Shown in pieces: positions 26,890 to 40,100 of a stretch of DNA of 64,000 bases. The stretch is from positions 415,655 through 479,654 of the forward strand of contig NMRA01000106.1 of the NCBI GenBank assembly GCA_002633005.1, written 5' to 3'. Every line of letters begins with the position of its first letter. Within the stretch, counting starts at the first letter, position 1. This DNA comes from Phoronis australis (Eukaryota; Animalia; Phoronida). The notes below the pieces were generated by a model that did not search any database, was not told the origin of the DNA, and saw nothing but the letters and a program-made list of their open reading frames with translations. A program made the translations under genes and the position numbers.

Positions 26890-27172
26890 CACGCGCACAC
26901 TCAGCCTAAAAATGGCAGGGATCGAATTTTTGATAATCCGGACCTTTTACTGAGATTCATGAGGAATGTTCAGAGCTATGAATTGTGCATTCGCTGAATT
27001 TTGCTAGTTCCTGAATTTTTAGTGGACTTTTGTTTTGTTTTCTACTTTTTTCAGAGTTTTTGTTTCTCTGAGGGGGCCTTTTTGCCCACTTCGCCAAATG
27101 GGGGCTCATTTGAGTCCCCCAAGCCCACCGCGCCCCCCCCCCCCCNCCCCCCCCCCCCCGGGTGCGCGCATG
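26890..27172 (-). mobile_element. MITE family B, 5-bp TSD ATGTC
   Basis: atgtc|cacgcgcacactcag ... cgggtgcgcgcatg|atgtc; long poly-C tract with an N at 27146. Confidence 0.85.
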
Positions 27173-28665
27173 ATGTCGCTTTGAGATTTTGCAATCCCTC
27201 AGAACGCCTTCACTCAACACTTAACAATAACTGTAGTGTGTCTGTATCAAACTTGAAACTATTCAAGAAATAAAAAGAAATTTCTAATCCAGTACTGATC
27301 CATTGCAACTGTTTGGACAATGAAAACAGTGCCAACAGCATTACCATGAACATTGCACAAGAACCAGCGGCCAAATTCAGCCTGGTGATGTTCACTACTT
27401 ACAAGTTTTTTTAAAAAATTGGGCAGACCTCAACAGAACTCTTCCAAACTTGAATAAACATCTTGCCAGAATTGTTAGGCGGTTTGGTTTAGTCGAAATA
27501 CTTTCCAAGAAATACCTTTTTTTGTCAAACTTTTGTCCGAGTTTAATATGTTATTTCACCTACCCATTGTTAGTTTATAATGAACGTGTCCAGTAAGTTG
27601 CCAAGATTTTGACTTCTTGGGTAGAGCAATTATGTGTCGATATTTTGTTGATTTAGCCAGAAATGAAATGCATTTCATCAAAAAAAAGATTTTTAATCCG
27701 GAATCTTTTTCCGCTCTTCCAGGCGAAAATTTTTCAGTATTGCACCAACTTGTATTTACATTTATACCTACACAGCACTACATAGACAAGATCAAGACAA
27801 AAATCCTACCTACAACTCAGTCAAAAAATGCGTAGTGGTTGGTACTGTGAGAAACTTCAAAATAACCCATACAAAAATCAATGCCTGGTCCTGGAATGTT
27901 GGATTCACTTCTGATTATTTTGCATTTACACTGTGGTTTGTTGCTTGCAGAATTTAGTCTGCAACCATGCGTCCAATGAAGGAAACTGGTGCAAACTGCA
28001 CCCAACTGGTTGGCTTGCATAAGAGCAATTTGTACCCAATTTCAGTGTTATGTATACAGAACATAAAGAGACAGCTGATTAGTAGCTGTAGAACCCGAGG
28101 ACAAAATCATGAATCTGATAAAGTCTATAGAGAACTATGAGCCCTCATATCAAACTCTGGCAGCCTGACATTAAAGACAAACACTCAAACTTATACACCT
28201 TCACCTCAGGAAAGGGTAGCACTCAAAATGAATGTCATTTGACCAGTGTGACAGTTCATTAAGAACATCCAGTGCTCTTAAAAGTTCTGTTTCACCATTC
28301 CCAAACAAGCAACACTAGCACACCCTGTGGGCTGATATGTGTGAAGGTCAAGTTTCCACTTTTATTGACTTTTTTATGACAGTGAACATATCAAGTACGT
28401 TTGTACCATGATTGTACAGTGAATTCTTTCACAATTCTCAAATCACAACGTTGTCAGTGGATGAAACACGCTTTTGAAGCCAGTACCAGTTTCATGAGCT
28501 TGAAGTCAAGAAAAGTCCAAAAGTATATTAGTGTGGTATATTCATTTCTTGTCAAGCCATTGTCCTCATAGTTTTCCAGATTCCTCCACAATACAAATGG
28601 CTAGCTCTACCAGCAACAACAGCACGAAGAGTGTGTCGGAGTCTAAAACACCAATTATAGTCTCC

Positions 28666-31600
28666 TCAATCAAATATTTTCATCTTCTTAGCCTTCAAGT
28701 CTCTGTAGACATTTACAACACGTTGTCGTTCAGCGTCCAGCCTCACTTGTTGCGCCATGGACAAATGTTTCCTTTTGACAGACTGACCTAGTTGCCTTTC
28801 CGTTGATTTTGCTTGAACAGACAAACTGGAGTTATCCCGGATTATTTCTTTTAGCAACAATGACTTCTTTCCAGGCTGAAACAAATACAGAAACTAGGTG
28901 TTGTGACAATAAAAGAAAACTTAATAGGAACACAAATTCAGTCTTCAGCCACTTGGCAGCTAAATCATTCAGATGTTGATGTTCAGTAATACTGTATAAA
29001 TCAACTTTAAAAATCCTACAAATCTTCAATTTTTCACTTACAATAAAACAAACTACTCACTTCTGCAACTGACAGTGACAATTCTAGAAGAAAATCTGCT
29101 CACCCTGCTTTCCACAACAGAACTCTTCCTTGGTTTTGCAGTCAATGTGGGTGGTTGCTCAACAACTTCTCCAAACTTGACATCATCTGCATAACATGAG
29201 GCAACGGTTTACATTCATGTCACACTTCGCAACTAAAACCCTTCATGATTTCCCCAAGTTACAATGGATTTACTGACTCATCACTAAGTTGACCAAATAT
29301 ATTGAAAAACGATCTGAAAAGGGTAAAATAATGCACTGTGCGCGTTATGAATCATACAGCGGGTACTCCTCAATTCCAAATGCCATCAAGATTTAATTTT
29401 TGTTCACCCTAGATCCAATTCAGCTTATTTATAAGTTACTGTTAGTATTCAAGAAGTGTAACCCCACCATGCATATGACTGTGCCAAACTAAGTGTAACC
29501 CCACCATGCATATGACTGTGCCAAACTAAGTTTAACCCCACCATGCATATGACTAAGCCAAACTAGTACACTCTGTGACTGTTAACTGACATGACACAAA
29601 TCTGCTAACAAGATACCTTAAATCTGGCACTAAAGCAACACATTTTAGGTCTGGAAAACACTATGTGTTACAACTGTTCCCTACTTCATATAACATGCAT
29701 TTTGGTTTCACTAACAAAAGTTGCCTGTTGTGTTAACAGTGGAAACAAAATGAATTACACCTCACAGTTTCAGTGCTGCAACTGTTTTCTAAAGATTAAA
29801 CAAAATAAAAGAGAGGTTAAGATACACATATTGTAATTCTTAATTTCCACAAAGACACTAATTACGATTCCACATCATATTCTCAGCATTCCCACCTCTA
29901 AGCAAATGAAAGTCGTTGACACCATTAAGCTTCCTCTGTATTTTCTTTTCTTTTTTTGCATCATCTTTCTTCTTCAAGTGCCTAAAGAACAAGTACAAGA
30001 ACAGCATTTACTGACATGGCTGCCTCCCTACTCGTGAAAAATGGCCTTCATTTTTCTTTCCAACCAATTTGCAGCAACTTCCAAAAAACGTGCTGCAATT
30101 GGGTTGCAATTGGGTTGCAATTCCAGCTCCAAATTCAGACCACTACACACATTCATATCAGCTCAAAATCAAACACACCAAAAGAGGTGAGTTGCATTAT
30201 AAACCAAATCAACATAGTGTGCACTTGAGTACCAAACCTAGTTATCCTCATTTCATACTCCACCTAGCGACAGTGAACTGGAGTATCAGTCTGTCTCTGA
30301 CATCAAACTTAGAATTCCACTTCCAGTGTAACAGCACCACATCCCACATCATTTGCTTTCAAAATTTCATTCAGCCACAGCCATATGACAGCATCTCCTG
30401 TGCATACTTTATGACAGTACTAGTCAGAGTAGTTTAATAAGGTCAAAGAAATCAAAAACCAACTTTTCTTGTTTTGCTGAACTTGTTAAGGAAATTATGA
30501 AGCAATGCAGAAGAAAATTAATTTGTTAATTAATTAATATACAAGAGAATATGCAAAAATCTTTGTACTAACAAAAATATTCAAAGACTTTGTACGACAT
30601 AATTATTTGAAATTTCAGGATATTAGATAAGAGAAAGTGTGCAAACGGTATTTGAATAAAAAGTAAATGCTCTTCACACTACCAAAAATTATCAATACTT
30701 AAAAATAGTGTACATGACTGTGTGCAATAATAATAAGTTGCAATCTTGTTTGAACTTGAAAGCTGTGTGAAATATACAAACTAGCCTTAGATATTTTAAA
30801 ATGTCTTGCTAAAATAATGGCAAAACCTAGGCAAACTTACATTTGTTTCTTTTTACTGGCAGCTCGCTTCTTCACAACAACCTGTCCATCTTCCCTGTTA
30901 TCAAAATCGACCTGCCATGGGAGATGAGAAAACACAGTCAGTTTAACACTACCTAGCACAACATTTTGTCAAAACAAACATTGATTTGCCTCTTAATGAC
31001 ATCCAACTAGTCAAATCATTTGCATTTCATAAGTTGTCTCATGTGACTGTTGATTTGCACTGTTTCGGGCAACGTCCGAGTCATTATTATATATTCCAAA
31101 GTAATGAATCTGTCTAGCACAATGACGTGTCCATTTCCAAGTATCATCAATGCGCACATAACCAAAACAGTAATATTGAATACAAAGCATTACCTGAGTA
31201 TCTAAAAGATTACTGAGCAATGATTAGTGCAGCGTGAGAAATAAGAGGACTCACATTGTATTCTTCTTCAAGTTGTGATTGGTGGAGAACTTCTTGCGTT
31301 TTTCGATCAACCCTCTTAAAGAATGACCTGTTGGACTCATTCACTCGCTTCTTAAAATTAGGCACTGGCTTCAATGGACGTGACATGCCTTTTTGGTTGT
31401 CAATCTTATTAGAACCTGACAAAGAATTGAAGCATTAAGAGTGAATAGCAAAACCGTTGAAACGAAACAGCGTGACATACAATATGGGTATTGCTGTAGC
31501 TAGTTGTCTATATACAATTATTACATTGCCACTGCTCCAGATATTTGTCCTTCAGAATCGTTCCATATGTACCAAATGAAATGATTTCATTATGAAAACT

Positions 31601-34167
31601 AAGTATCGCAAAGTTTATAGCATAACATTAAACAGCTGTTCAAAACCATGAAAAAGAAGTTCAGAGGGACAGGTAACATGTTAATTTTTGCATTCAGTAA
31701 AACTGACCAAAGCTAGCAAGAGTAAACTGGGCAAGTCCAATACCCACCGCACAATGGCAAAATATGGTCGACTTACTCACTTCAAAACAACCAGATTGCT
31801 GTCTTGAATGAAACTGAAACTCAGGATTTCATACAATCAGTACACATACTCTAGCTGTCAAATAAATAATGTTAGTCACCCAATATTCCATCTAATTTGA
31901 CCTTCTTCTTCTTCTTTCTATTTGAAATATGCTCAAGTCCCTTCCATTTTTCTTTGAAAGTTTGGATATCTTTAATTCGTCGAGGAACTTCTTGCTCCAA
32001 AGACAAAGGTCTGGAGTTTATTTTCTGATCCTCCCTGAAAAGAATGACAGACTTGGAGTAGAAATTCCCTGCAATTAGACTATCTTCAAGGTAAGTAATT
32101 ACATCACATGCGGAATTGTGGACACCGCATGCAGTGAAAAAGTTAATGGAGACCACAAAGTGGAGTTTGAATTCTCCGCCAACGTCATCTTAATTCCTGC
32201 AGACATGCAGAATTGCTGGAAAATGCAAGAGCTTCTTTGAGTGGCAGCTTTAAGTGTAAAATTGTATTTTTGAAAACTTCTTTTTCAGCGACCAGATTTA
32301 GGCAACCACTCAATTAAAAATACACATCTTTCTAGCCAAAACACCAGCAGTGCATTAATCCATTAACTAGGTTTCTTCCGAAAGTCACAATTTGCAAGTC
32401 CATGCTAAATTACATGAGTGAACATAGACAACATGTAGCCTCTCCCCTTGTAGCCAGCCAGCTAGATGAATGAAAATTATAGTAAAAATACAGCTAAGTA
32501 CCACTGTGTGTTAAGCTCCAACAGAACTCGAAATTGTACACAGCTTCGTTAGCTCTGCTAATGATGTCGCCGTCAAATTAGTATCAACATGTAGAGCTAA
32601 AGACCGGCAAGGATACATCCAAATCTGGGGGTCAACTGACACTCACCTTTTCCATTGCAGCCATTTAAGTGAAAAACAATCTAATAGGCAACATTTTCTT
32701 AATGGTAATTCTATGTCTTTTGTAACAACAAAAAGTATGGTGTAATTTTGAAAACAGTACGCTCGTGACATGCACGCGCCACTTCCTAAATGTTTGTGAC
32801 ATCTCTCGAGAGACGATGACAGCTTTGCAGCAGCAAAATTTATTTGGTTTGTTGGTATCAAAATTCAAAAAACTTATAATGAAGAGATAATTTGTTGTGA
32901 CTTGTACGCAGCCTCGTGAGAGAACAACAGTTGACTGAAGAATCGCTGAAAAAAGAAACTGGCCAAAAGGTGACGCAATTTTTCATAACACAGAAAGCCG
33001 ATGCAAAAGATCGCACTGCACAATTTTAGCAGCAGAATAACGGTAGAATGCCAATTTTTCCAATGCCGATAAATAGTTTTGTTTACTCAAGGAAGAGTGT
33101 AGCTTTTAATGACAGTAATTTTGTGTCAGACTTTATCTGGTCAGTGCAAAGCTGTATATTTAGTATACAGCTTTGTGCCAAGGCTACTCTACTGGCTGCA
33201 CAGTGGCGTCCACACCACAGACAATGCATTGACTAGAGAGTGAAAGGGGAGTAGTTCGCGAGTATTTATTTACTAGTATAACCTAACAAAATGGCAATCA
33301 CTCAAGTGATTGGTTGGTAAATCTGGAATGTTGAACAGGACCTATGGTATAGAATTCACTGTTTCCATCTAAACGGTGACCACCCTCTATAGATGACTAG
33401 AGACTGTGTAGTTCCTACAGGAGCTTCATATGCCAGAAGCTTTTCGGCGAATTATGCCTCGCACTGACTAAACCATCAAAGTCACGTTTTTATGAATACC
33501 TTTTGCACAGAGGGACACCTTAAGACTGGTTAAGAGCCCATCGATGTTTTTAATTCCTTCCAACTCGAAGAAATACTCCCATTATCAAACTTTTTCTTCG
33601 AGCAGGCCCTTGTTCAGTTCACAAATTGTAACACTGTGTGCTGCAGGTGATATGATGTCATATCCCCTGGCGTGCGCAGTGTAAAAATGGCCAATAACCG
33701 AAGAAAAATTTTGATAACACGAGTACTTGTTCAAGCTGGAAGGACAATTAAATACATCGATGGCTAATTAAGGTGTGCCTCATGCGTAAAAGGTATTTCT
33801 AACAATATGTCTTTGATATGTCAGAGACATTGTGAGGCATAATTCCCCGAAAAGATTCCGCGTATGAAGCTCCTATAGCAATTACAGTCTCTAGTCAGCT
33901 AGAGATTTTGAAATTCAGCTATTTAGTCCAATAACGAATACACCAAGTTCTACGTCGTGTAGAGACTCTTGGCTTCTGTTAGGCAATGTCTAAGCTTCCG
34001 ACTCAGTCTGAATCTGACAAATCGTCGATTTCGTCCACTTCGCCTCGGCTTCAAACTTACGGCGCTTGGGTCTGCTTGATCCTGCAACCGTCAGCCAATT
34101 CTTCAAATTGCTGGACTTTCTTGTGTCGCCTGCTTTTCTGGGGTTTGCCAACTCCTAATTTACCCAT
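28666..34167 (-). CDS. CCDC137: Coiled-coil domain-containing protein 137 homologue, 290 aa, 7 coding exons
   Basis: Exons 34167-34061, 32034-31880, 31415-31255, 30911-30841, 29981-29896, 29186-29104 and 28875-28666 are all GT-AG and phase-consistent (873 nt). Motifs recognised from CCDC137: EQEVPRRIKDI, ISNRKKKK, VPNFKKRVNES...QEVL, DDVKFGEVVEQPPTLTAKP, SMAQQVRLDAERQRVVNVYRDLK. Candidate AATAAA on the minus strand at about 28361-28366. Confidence 0.9.
29454..29564. repeat. Minisatellite, 37 bp x 3, in a CCDC137 intron
   Basis: aagtgtaaccccaccatgcatatgactgtgccaaact repeated. Confidence 0.95.
33387..33904. mobile_element. About 515-bp MITE with about 75-bp imperfect TIRs, in CCDC137 intron 1
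   Basis: gactagagactgt...ggagcttcata...cttttcgg.gaattatgcctc versus gaggcataattc.ccgaaaag...tatgaagctcc...acagtctctagtc. Confidence 0.75.
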
Positions 34168-34600
34168 TGTATTTTTTATTTGTGCGCTATGAAAACTGTT
34201 GTTGGCCTTCTACCATTAAATGTGCTCAACGTGACTTTCGACTTTCCGGAAGTTTTGAACAGGATGTGAATATCAAGCGACATCTGTCGGCTAATGCAGA
34301 CAAAAGAGACGTGCACTCCGGTGAACATTGCCTTGGTGAACAGGTGAAAAATCTGCGTTCTCAAAAGCTTTCAACGTTAGTTATGTTTACAGTTGGCTTG
34401 GTAGGTAAAAGATTACGTGATATTTTTAAAATTTTTAATTGCAAACATTTGAAATTGCTTATGCAAACCCAATAAACGGGGAAGTGAAACAAAACCAGTT
34501 CCATCATCGATTAGTCCCTGCCTGAGCCTGGCCAGGCAGCACTGTGAGACGAGCTCAAACGGGAAGTGCGAACCAAACTTGCGTCACGCATTTAACTGCA
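34168..34600. promoter_or_regulatory. Probable bidirectional promoter region between CCDC137 (-) and the uORF/TRMT10A unit (+)
   Basis: The genes are head-to-head. ETS/GABP-type CCGGAAGT at 34246-34253 (within TTCCGGAA) and two AAACGGG(G)AAGTG copies near 34474 and 34557. TSS positions are not determined. Confidence 0.4.
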
Positions 34601-36018
34601 TCTGTCTCTATAAATAAAACAAAATTGGTGGTCACTGGAAAGTCCCCTTTGGTGTTTCCTTATTTTGAGTAGGCAATGTGATCAGCTGGCTGAGTCTGAT
34701 CATTAAAGGATAGCGTGCCAGTAGCAGTGGTGAGTGCACGATACAGACAGTGAGTCAGTGGATGAAATAGAAAGTTGTTCTCTGAAAACTATCATTCCAG
34801 GCAACGGTCATTGCCAACATGTCAATCAAATGAAATACAATGAAGGTCTGCCATCGTGGTCCCAAAAGTAGTCATCGGTTGTGTCAAGTGTTATTAGTTT
34901 TGCGTGCTAAACTGTTCATTTGCAATTTATGTCAGTATGAAAGAGGAGAAACGCCTGTTGCTGATAAAAACGTCTAGTAGACTTTATGATAAACAAACAC
35001 AATGTGGAAGAATTTCACCGTCATAGTGTTTTACTAACAGTTTTAAATTATTTTCTATATCTAAATTATATAAATTAACAATTGGATATGGAACTTTGAA
35101 TGTGGATGGCAGCATGACTATAGAAATGTCAACCAAAATGCTTAACAATGGACCATTGCCGGACATTATAAAACACAGTCTCAATGCAATGAAATTGCTT
35201 TAAGTACTTGCAGTCTTTCCCACTTTGAAATAGCTTTCCAGAGTACCCAATCGTGTCGTCGAATGTATGAGTGAAGTGCGAACTACTACTGCACTTGATC
35301 TGTCTTTTGAATTAATTGGGCATTGCATGACTGAAGTTTGGGGTACTAGTATACTGGCTTTCTATGAATGAGCTTAAAAGGTTGGTATCATGGTTGCATA
35401 CAACGTTCGTTCGATTGCCAGGGACCCAATTTGATTATTAATGCAGATCCATATGGCAGCAGTTTCATTGAAATGATAAAAACACATCATTGACGTTGCA
35501 CTTGTGGGAGATTGCACTTCTGGGAGATTGCACTGGTAACTGTGGAAAGCATGGCCTGACTGCAAAATTTGTCTGAACTGTCCATTGGCACAGCCGCTCT
35601 AGTAAGGATTAACTTGTGCCACACTAGAGGACGCCATACATTTGCCCAGACTATAGTTAACTGTACTAAAAGGCTTTATGGAGTGGTTGTTTCCCCATTT
35701 CACAAAATGACGAATATCAAATGTTTTCATTTAATTTTGTAAGACATTGCAAAAATGGAGTTGTGAAATAAGGCGCATTGACACGACCTCTTGCTTTCAT
35801 GGTTGTGATATTGTATACTTGTGCACTGTGTAGTACACTAGTACACTATATGGACAGAATGGAGCTCGTCAGGACAGAGATCTTTTCAGACTTAACTCTA
35901 GATCAAGTGATATGACCAACACGTGCCATGTAACAATTATCTTTTGTTTGACCATGACTCTGTTTTCCTCTTCAGTTACAGATTACAGTTATGTAGGGGT
36001 AGGCAAGACATTGGTACA

Positions 36019-37148
36019 ATGGACAATGTTCCTACCTGTTCAACTGACACAGATGACATTGATAAAGACGATGACTCACAGCTACAACAGGAAGTAGAAG
36101 CAGAATACAGTGAAATCAAGGAGCTGTTCCGCCAAGAAGGACGGAAGAAATATAAACGAGAGAAGAAAAGACTTAAGAAACTGAGATTAAGGTTTATTTT
36201 ACACTACTTGCATAGCCCTACTTTCTAGGTGTAAATCGAGGTTGATCTCTCTTTTTGCAAACAAGTAAGGCTTTTGTAAGCAAATCAAATGCATGAGATG
36301 AAGTAAAATTACTGTACCTCAGTTGTATTACTAATCTCTTTTCAGTCAGCAGTACACAGTTTGCTTCACATATACATCGAGGTTTTTGGTTTCCTTATTT
36401 GGAAACTTATTTGACTAGCCTGTTATTTGTAGACTTAACATTTTAAAAGAGGCAGAACACATTTGCTGTGTAGTGCAGTACATTTGTAGTGGGTCAGTGT
36501 AGAAATCTGACAAAGTTTCAGACTAGAAGCCATTTCAATTCTTGCTAAAACAGGTAAAAGGTGTTGTTCCAAGCACTTTCAAATTGTCATAATTGTGACA
36601 ACTTCCTGTGGAAGTCGGTTCATAAATAAACAATTAGTGGCTGGGCTCAATAATGTCCCATTAAACTAGCATAGGTTGTGTTGGATTAAATTACATATTT
36701 TTTAACATTTTTTCAATTGTGTAAAACCTCAGCTTACGTTTTCAATATGCTCTTCATGTCATGGGTAGAAAACTGCGTTTGTGAATCCAAGAATGTTGCA
36801 AATTTTAATTTCAGCTGAAAGTACATGTAGTATTCACTACCAGAGTTTCTTATGTTTCCAAGAAACTTCCCATTGTTCACTGTGATACTTATGTAATTTT
36901 TCAGAGCATTGAAACGAGAAATAAAGAATAATAAGAAGAAACAATCTGAGTCGCCTGAGAACTCTACAAACCACCTTGGCAGCGGTGAAAGTAATAGCAT
37001 TTTCAAACAGCCAGACTCTGGCACTAACAACGGCTTAGCGTGTGGCACTTCAAACAGCAAACATATTCTCACCGTGCCTAGCTCTTTGAGACGTAGGCGT
37101 ATGTACATTCCTGAAGAACTGGCTGCAAAACGTATGAGACTGGTTTGA
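36019..37148 (+). CDS. Putative two-exon 138-aa upstream ORF, or alternative first coding exon of TRMT10A
   Basis: ATG at 36019 (acaATGG). Exon 36019-36191 ends AG|gtttat (phase 2, weak donor). Acceptor tttttcag at 36904 continues in frame (R-ALKREIKNNKKK...) for 80 codons to TGA 37146-37148. The protein has an acidic N-terminus then a basic helical segment; no family recognised. Confidence 0.5.
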
Positions 37149-37153
37149 CCAAA

Positions 37154-40100
37154 ATGTCTGAGAATTCAGTAGCACAATTTCCCGAAGAAGTGGTGGGTGG
37201 AGGTTTGGAAGACAACAATGCGGATGTGAATATCAAGACTAACAGTAATCAAGAATCAGAGCTTGATCTGTCACAAGGTGCTCAATGTATTATGAAACTA
37301 GAAAGTGATGATATTGGAGTTACTACTGGAAATGGAGACTGTGCCAGTGCGACTGTGACGTTATCAAAAAGACAGCTGAAGAAGTTAAAAAAGAAGGAAC
37401 TTTATTTGGCCAAGAAAGATGATAAAAGGTAGCTGTCGTGATTACTCAAGGCTGTATTTCGCCCTCTTTAAAACGAATCATATTGAACTTTTTTAATGCC
37501 CAATGTAAGCGTAAACACTCAAAAATACTTTTGGAAAAAAGTAAAATTCCTGTAGAAAATTGACCCCACTCATACAAGCACCAAGTGGATGTTTGGCATT
37601 TTTGTGGTTGCCAACTTGTATGAATCAAAAACCGGGCATACGACTGCCAAATATGCGGTCACTTGTATTTTCGAATGGACATTCTTCCCTGTGTCAAGCG
37701 TTGCATTTACTTTTGTAACATCAGTCTCATAACATTCATCAATAGAAATTGATTTCCATTACCAACAAGAACCATCAGGTACTTGAGAACACACTTCAGA
37801 GTTCATTGGGTTTGGCCAGTCCTAAAATTGTGAATTCAAAAATGACACATGACTTAGTACACATTGTGTGTGACATGAGTTGGTTACTGAAATAGAACCC
37901 TCTGGTATGGAATATTATGAGACCAATTTCACGGAGTAAAAGGACAAGTCTGATTTTTAGCTGGCCCACCTAAACATGGAGAAATGCAATTTTAAATGTT
38001 CTGGTAAAGATCTTCATGTAATGAATGTTTTAAATATGACTGCAAAATATTGACAACATCTCCTACAACTGTTTTGTCAGAAAATTTTCATGATTTGTTC
38101 ATGTGGCAGGTGGCATGAATTAAACTTTGGGTATCACTGCCAAAAAGTTACTGGACCATAACAGTTGACAATGAGTGATTGTCACGCCATCTGTTGGTCA
38201 GATTAAGAACGAGAGATTTGTGATGACACTGAGGTATTTATTGATTTTAGTGCTGCAGCAGTCATATAACTTTTAATGACTATGCACATTGTCTTCAGGT
38301 TTTCCTATTCTGTTGGAAACAGTTGTTAACATTATCATTTGCTGCATTGCACTATGAATGTTTTTTGTGACTTAGCTGTATGTTAGATCACATGAGGTCC
38401 TGAGATAAAAAGCAATGCAACCTCTGAGCATAACAGTTGATAATAAGTGATTGTCACTCCATCTATTGGTCACATCTTGGCTCATTACAGCGCATACTCA
38501 AGTGTCTTTGCTTGATCTAAGGAATTTTGACATTCTTTTTAAATATTTGCACATGCAAGTTATAACTTAAATACTTGACATGTACTCTTTCATTTTTTGT
38601 TACAAAACTTTTCATACTCTTAATTGATTTGGTACTGGCATACAAATTATTATTTTATGCCATGGTTGTTATCTACAATATCTAAACCCCTCATGGGATT
38701 TGCAATAATTATAACCCAAGGGACACCAAAACCTCTTGTATGGAGGAATAAACTGTACAATACTAACAAAACAAACATGAATATATCGTTGCGCGTGATG
38801 TCACTCATCCCTCTAGGCAGAGCAGTGTATCAAATCACAACATCACGTCATGCCCATTATGTTTTCCTGTCAAATCCCAATATTCCAAGGCAATAACTGC
38901 ACGAGTTATTTCTTGCTACAGTCATTTCCATCCAGGCTTGTATTGGCTGATAAAACTGTTTTCCCTTCATTACAAGCAGAATCGAGGGTGGGGATCTAAT
39001 CTTTCTACTTGGAATATTTTTTGCACGTTCTATTCTACTTTCGTGCCTCATTATAAGTTAGTGTCTATTATTCCATGCTCGAGTACATTGTGGTTTATGC
39101 AAATGAGTTTCTAGTCCAAATTTGCATTTGATGAGTCCTAGATTCTAGCTACAAACTCGTAAAAGCTCGAGATTTCAACTGAAACTTTCGAGATTAGATT
39201 CAAAGTTTAAGCCTCAGTGGGGGGTTCATTAGGTGCAAATTGGAATTAAACGGTTATCATGTAAGCCATGTACAGAATCATCTTCAATTCGCACAAACAT
39301 AGAATAGAATATGCCAAAAATAATTTCTGAGAAAGTAGTAGATCCCAGGCCCATGTTACCACAAGTGTGTTTGTAGTATTCAGGTTTATAAGAGTTATTA
39401 ATGAATTCTTGACATTACTACGACTAATGGCTGATGTCATACAGTGTTTCATTGATGAGATGTCTTATAATTATCACAAGTGAAGAGTTCCGTCCTTTTA
39501 TGACATCTTGTGCCAGGTTCTGCAAAGTTCTTCATGTATTAGTCTGACAAATGTGTCATTTTTAGACTTTAATGTTTTTGCAATGGCAATGTTTTATGGG
39601 GCCTTGAATTTTGTAATTTGATTTTAATTCCAAAGTCTGAACAGAAGTGTGAAATTAAACCTGGACAATTTTTTTCTGAAAAACATCTTCAAATACTTTA
39701 ATTTTCATAGTTAAGAATTATCGTAATTTCTGTCAACAGTCTAGCAAAAATATGTGACTAACTCTTTGTGATCAACTGTTAACATTTTTGTTGCTGTTCA
39801 CAATTTGTACTACACTAGATGAAATGGGATTTAGATTTCTTTATTGTCGAGTTCGATTGCATCGTAAATTCGCGATTGACTTTGGAACTACCCGTTAAAT
39901 CCTTAATTTCTCTGTGTCCAGGAAAGAAATGCGAATGAAAAGAAAGCAGAAGAGACAAGAAGCCAAGGAGCAAGGCGTATCGCTTGGACCATCACGGAAA
40001 AGTCTAAAACATAACAATATGAAGAAGTCAAGCTGTAAAATTCAAGTGGCCATAGATTCTTCATTCGATGATCTGATGTCTGACAAGGTATCTGTCATCG

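Noticed and set aside
37146-37148. TGA as selenocysteine or readthrough codon fusing the uORF to TRMT10A
   Set aside because: In-frame readthrough gives only PKCLRIQ then TAG; TRMT10A is in a different frame.
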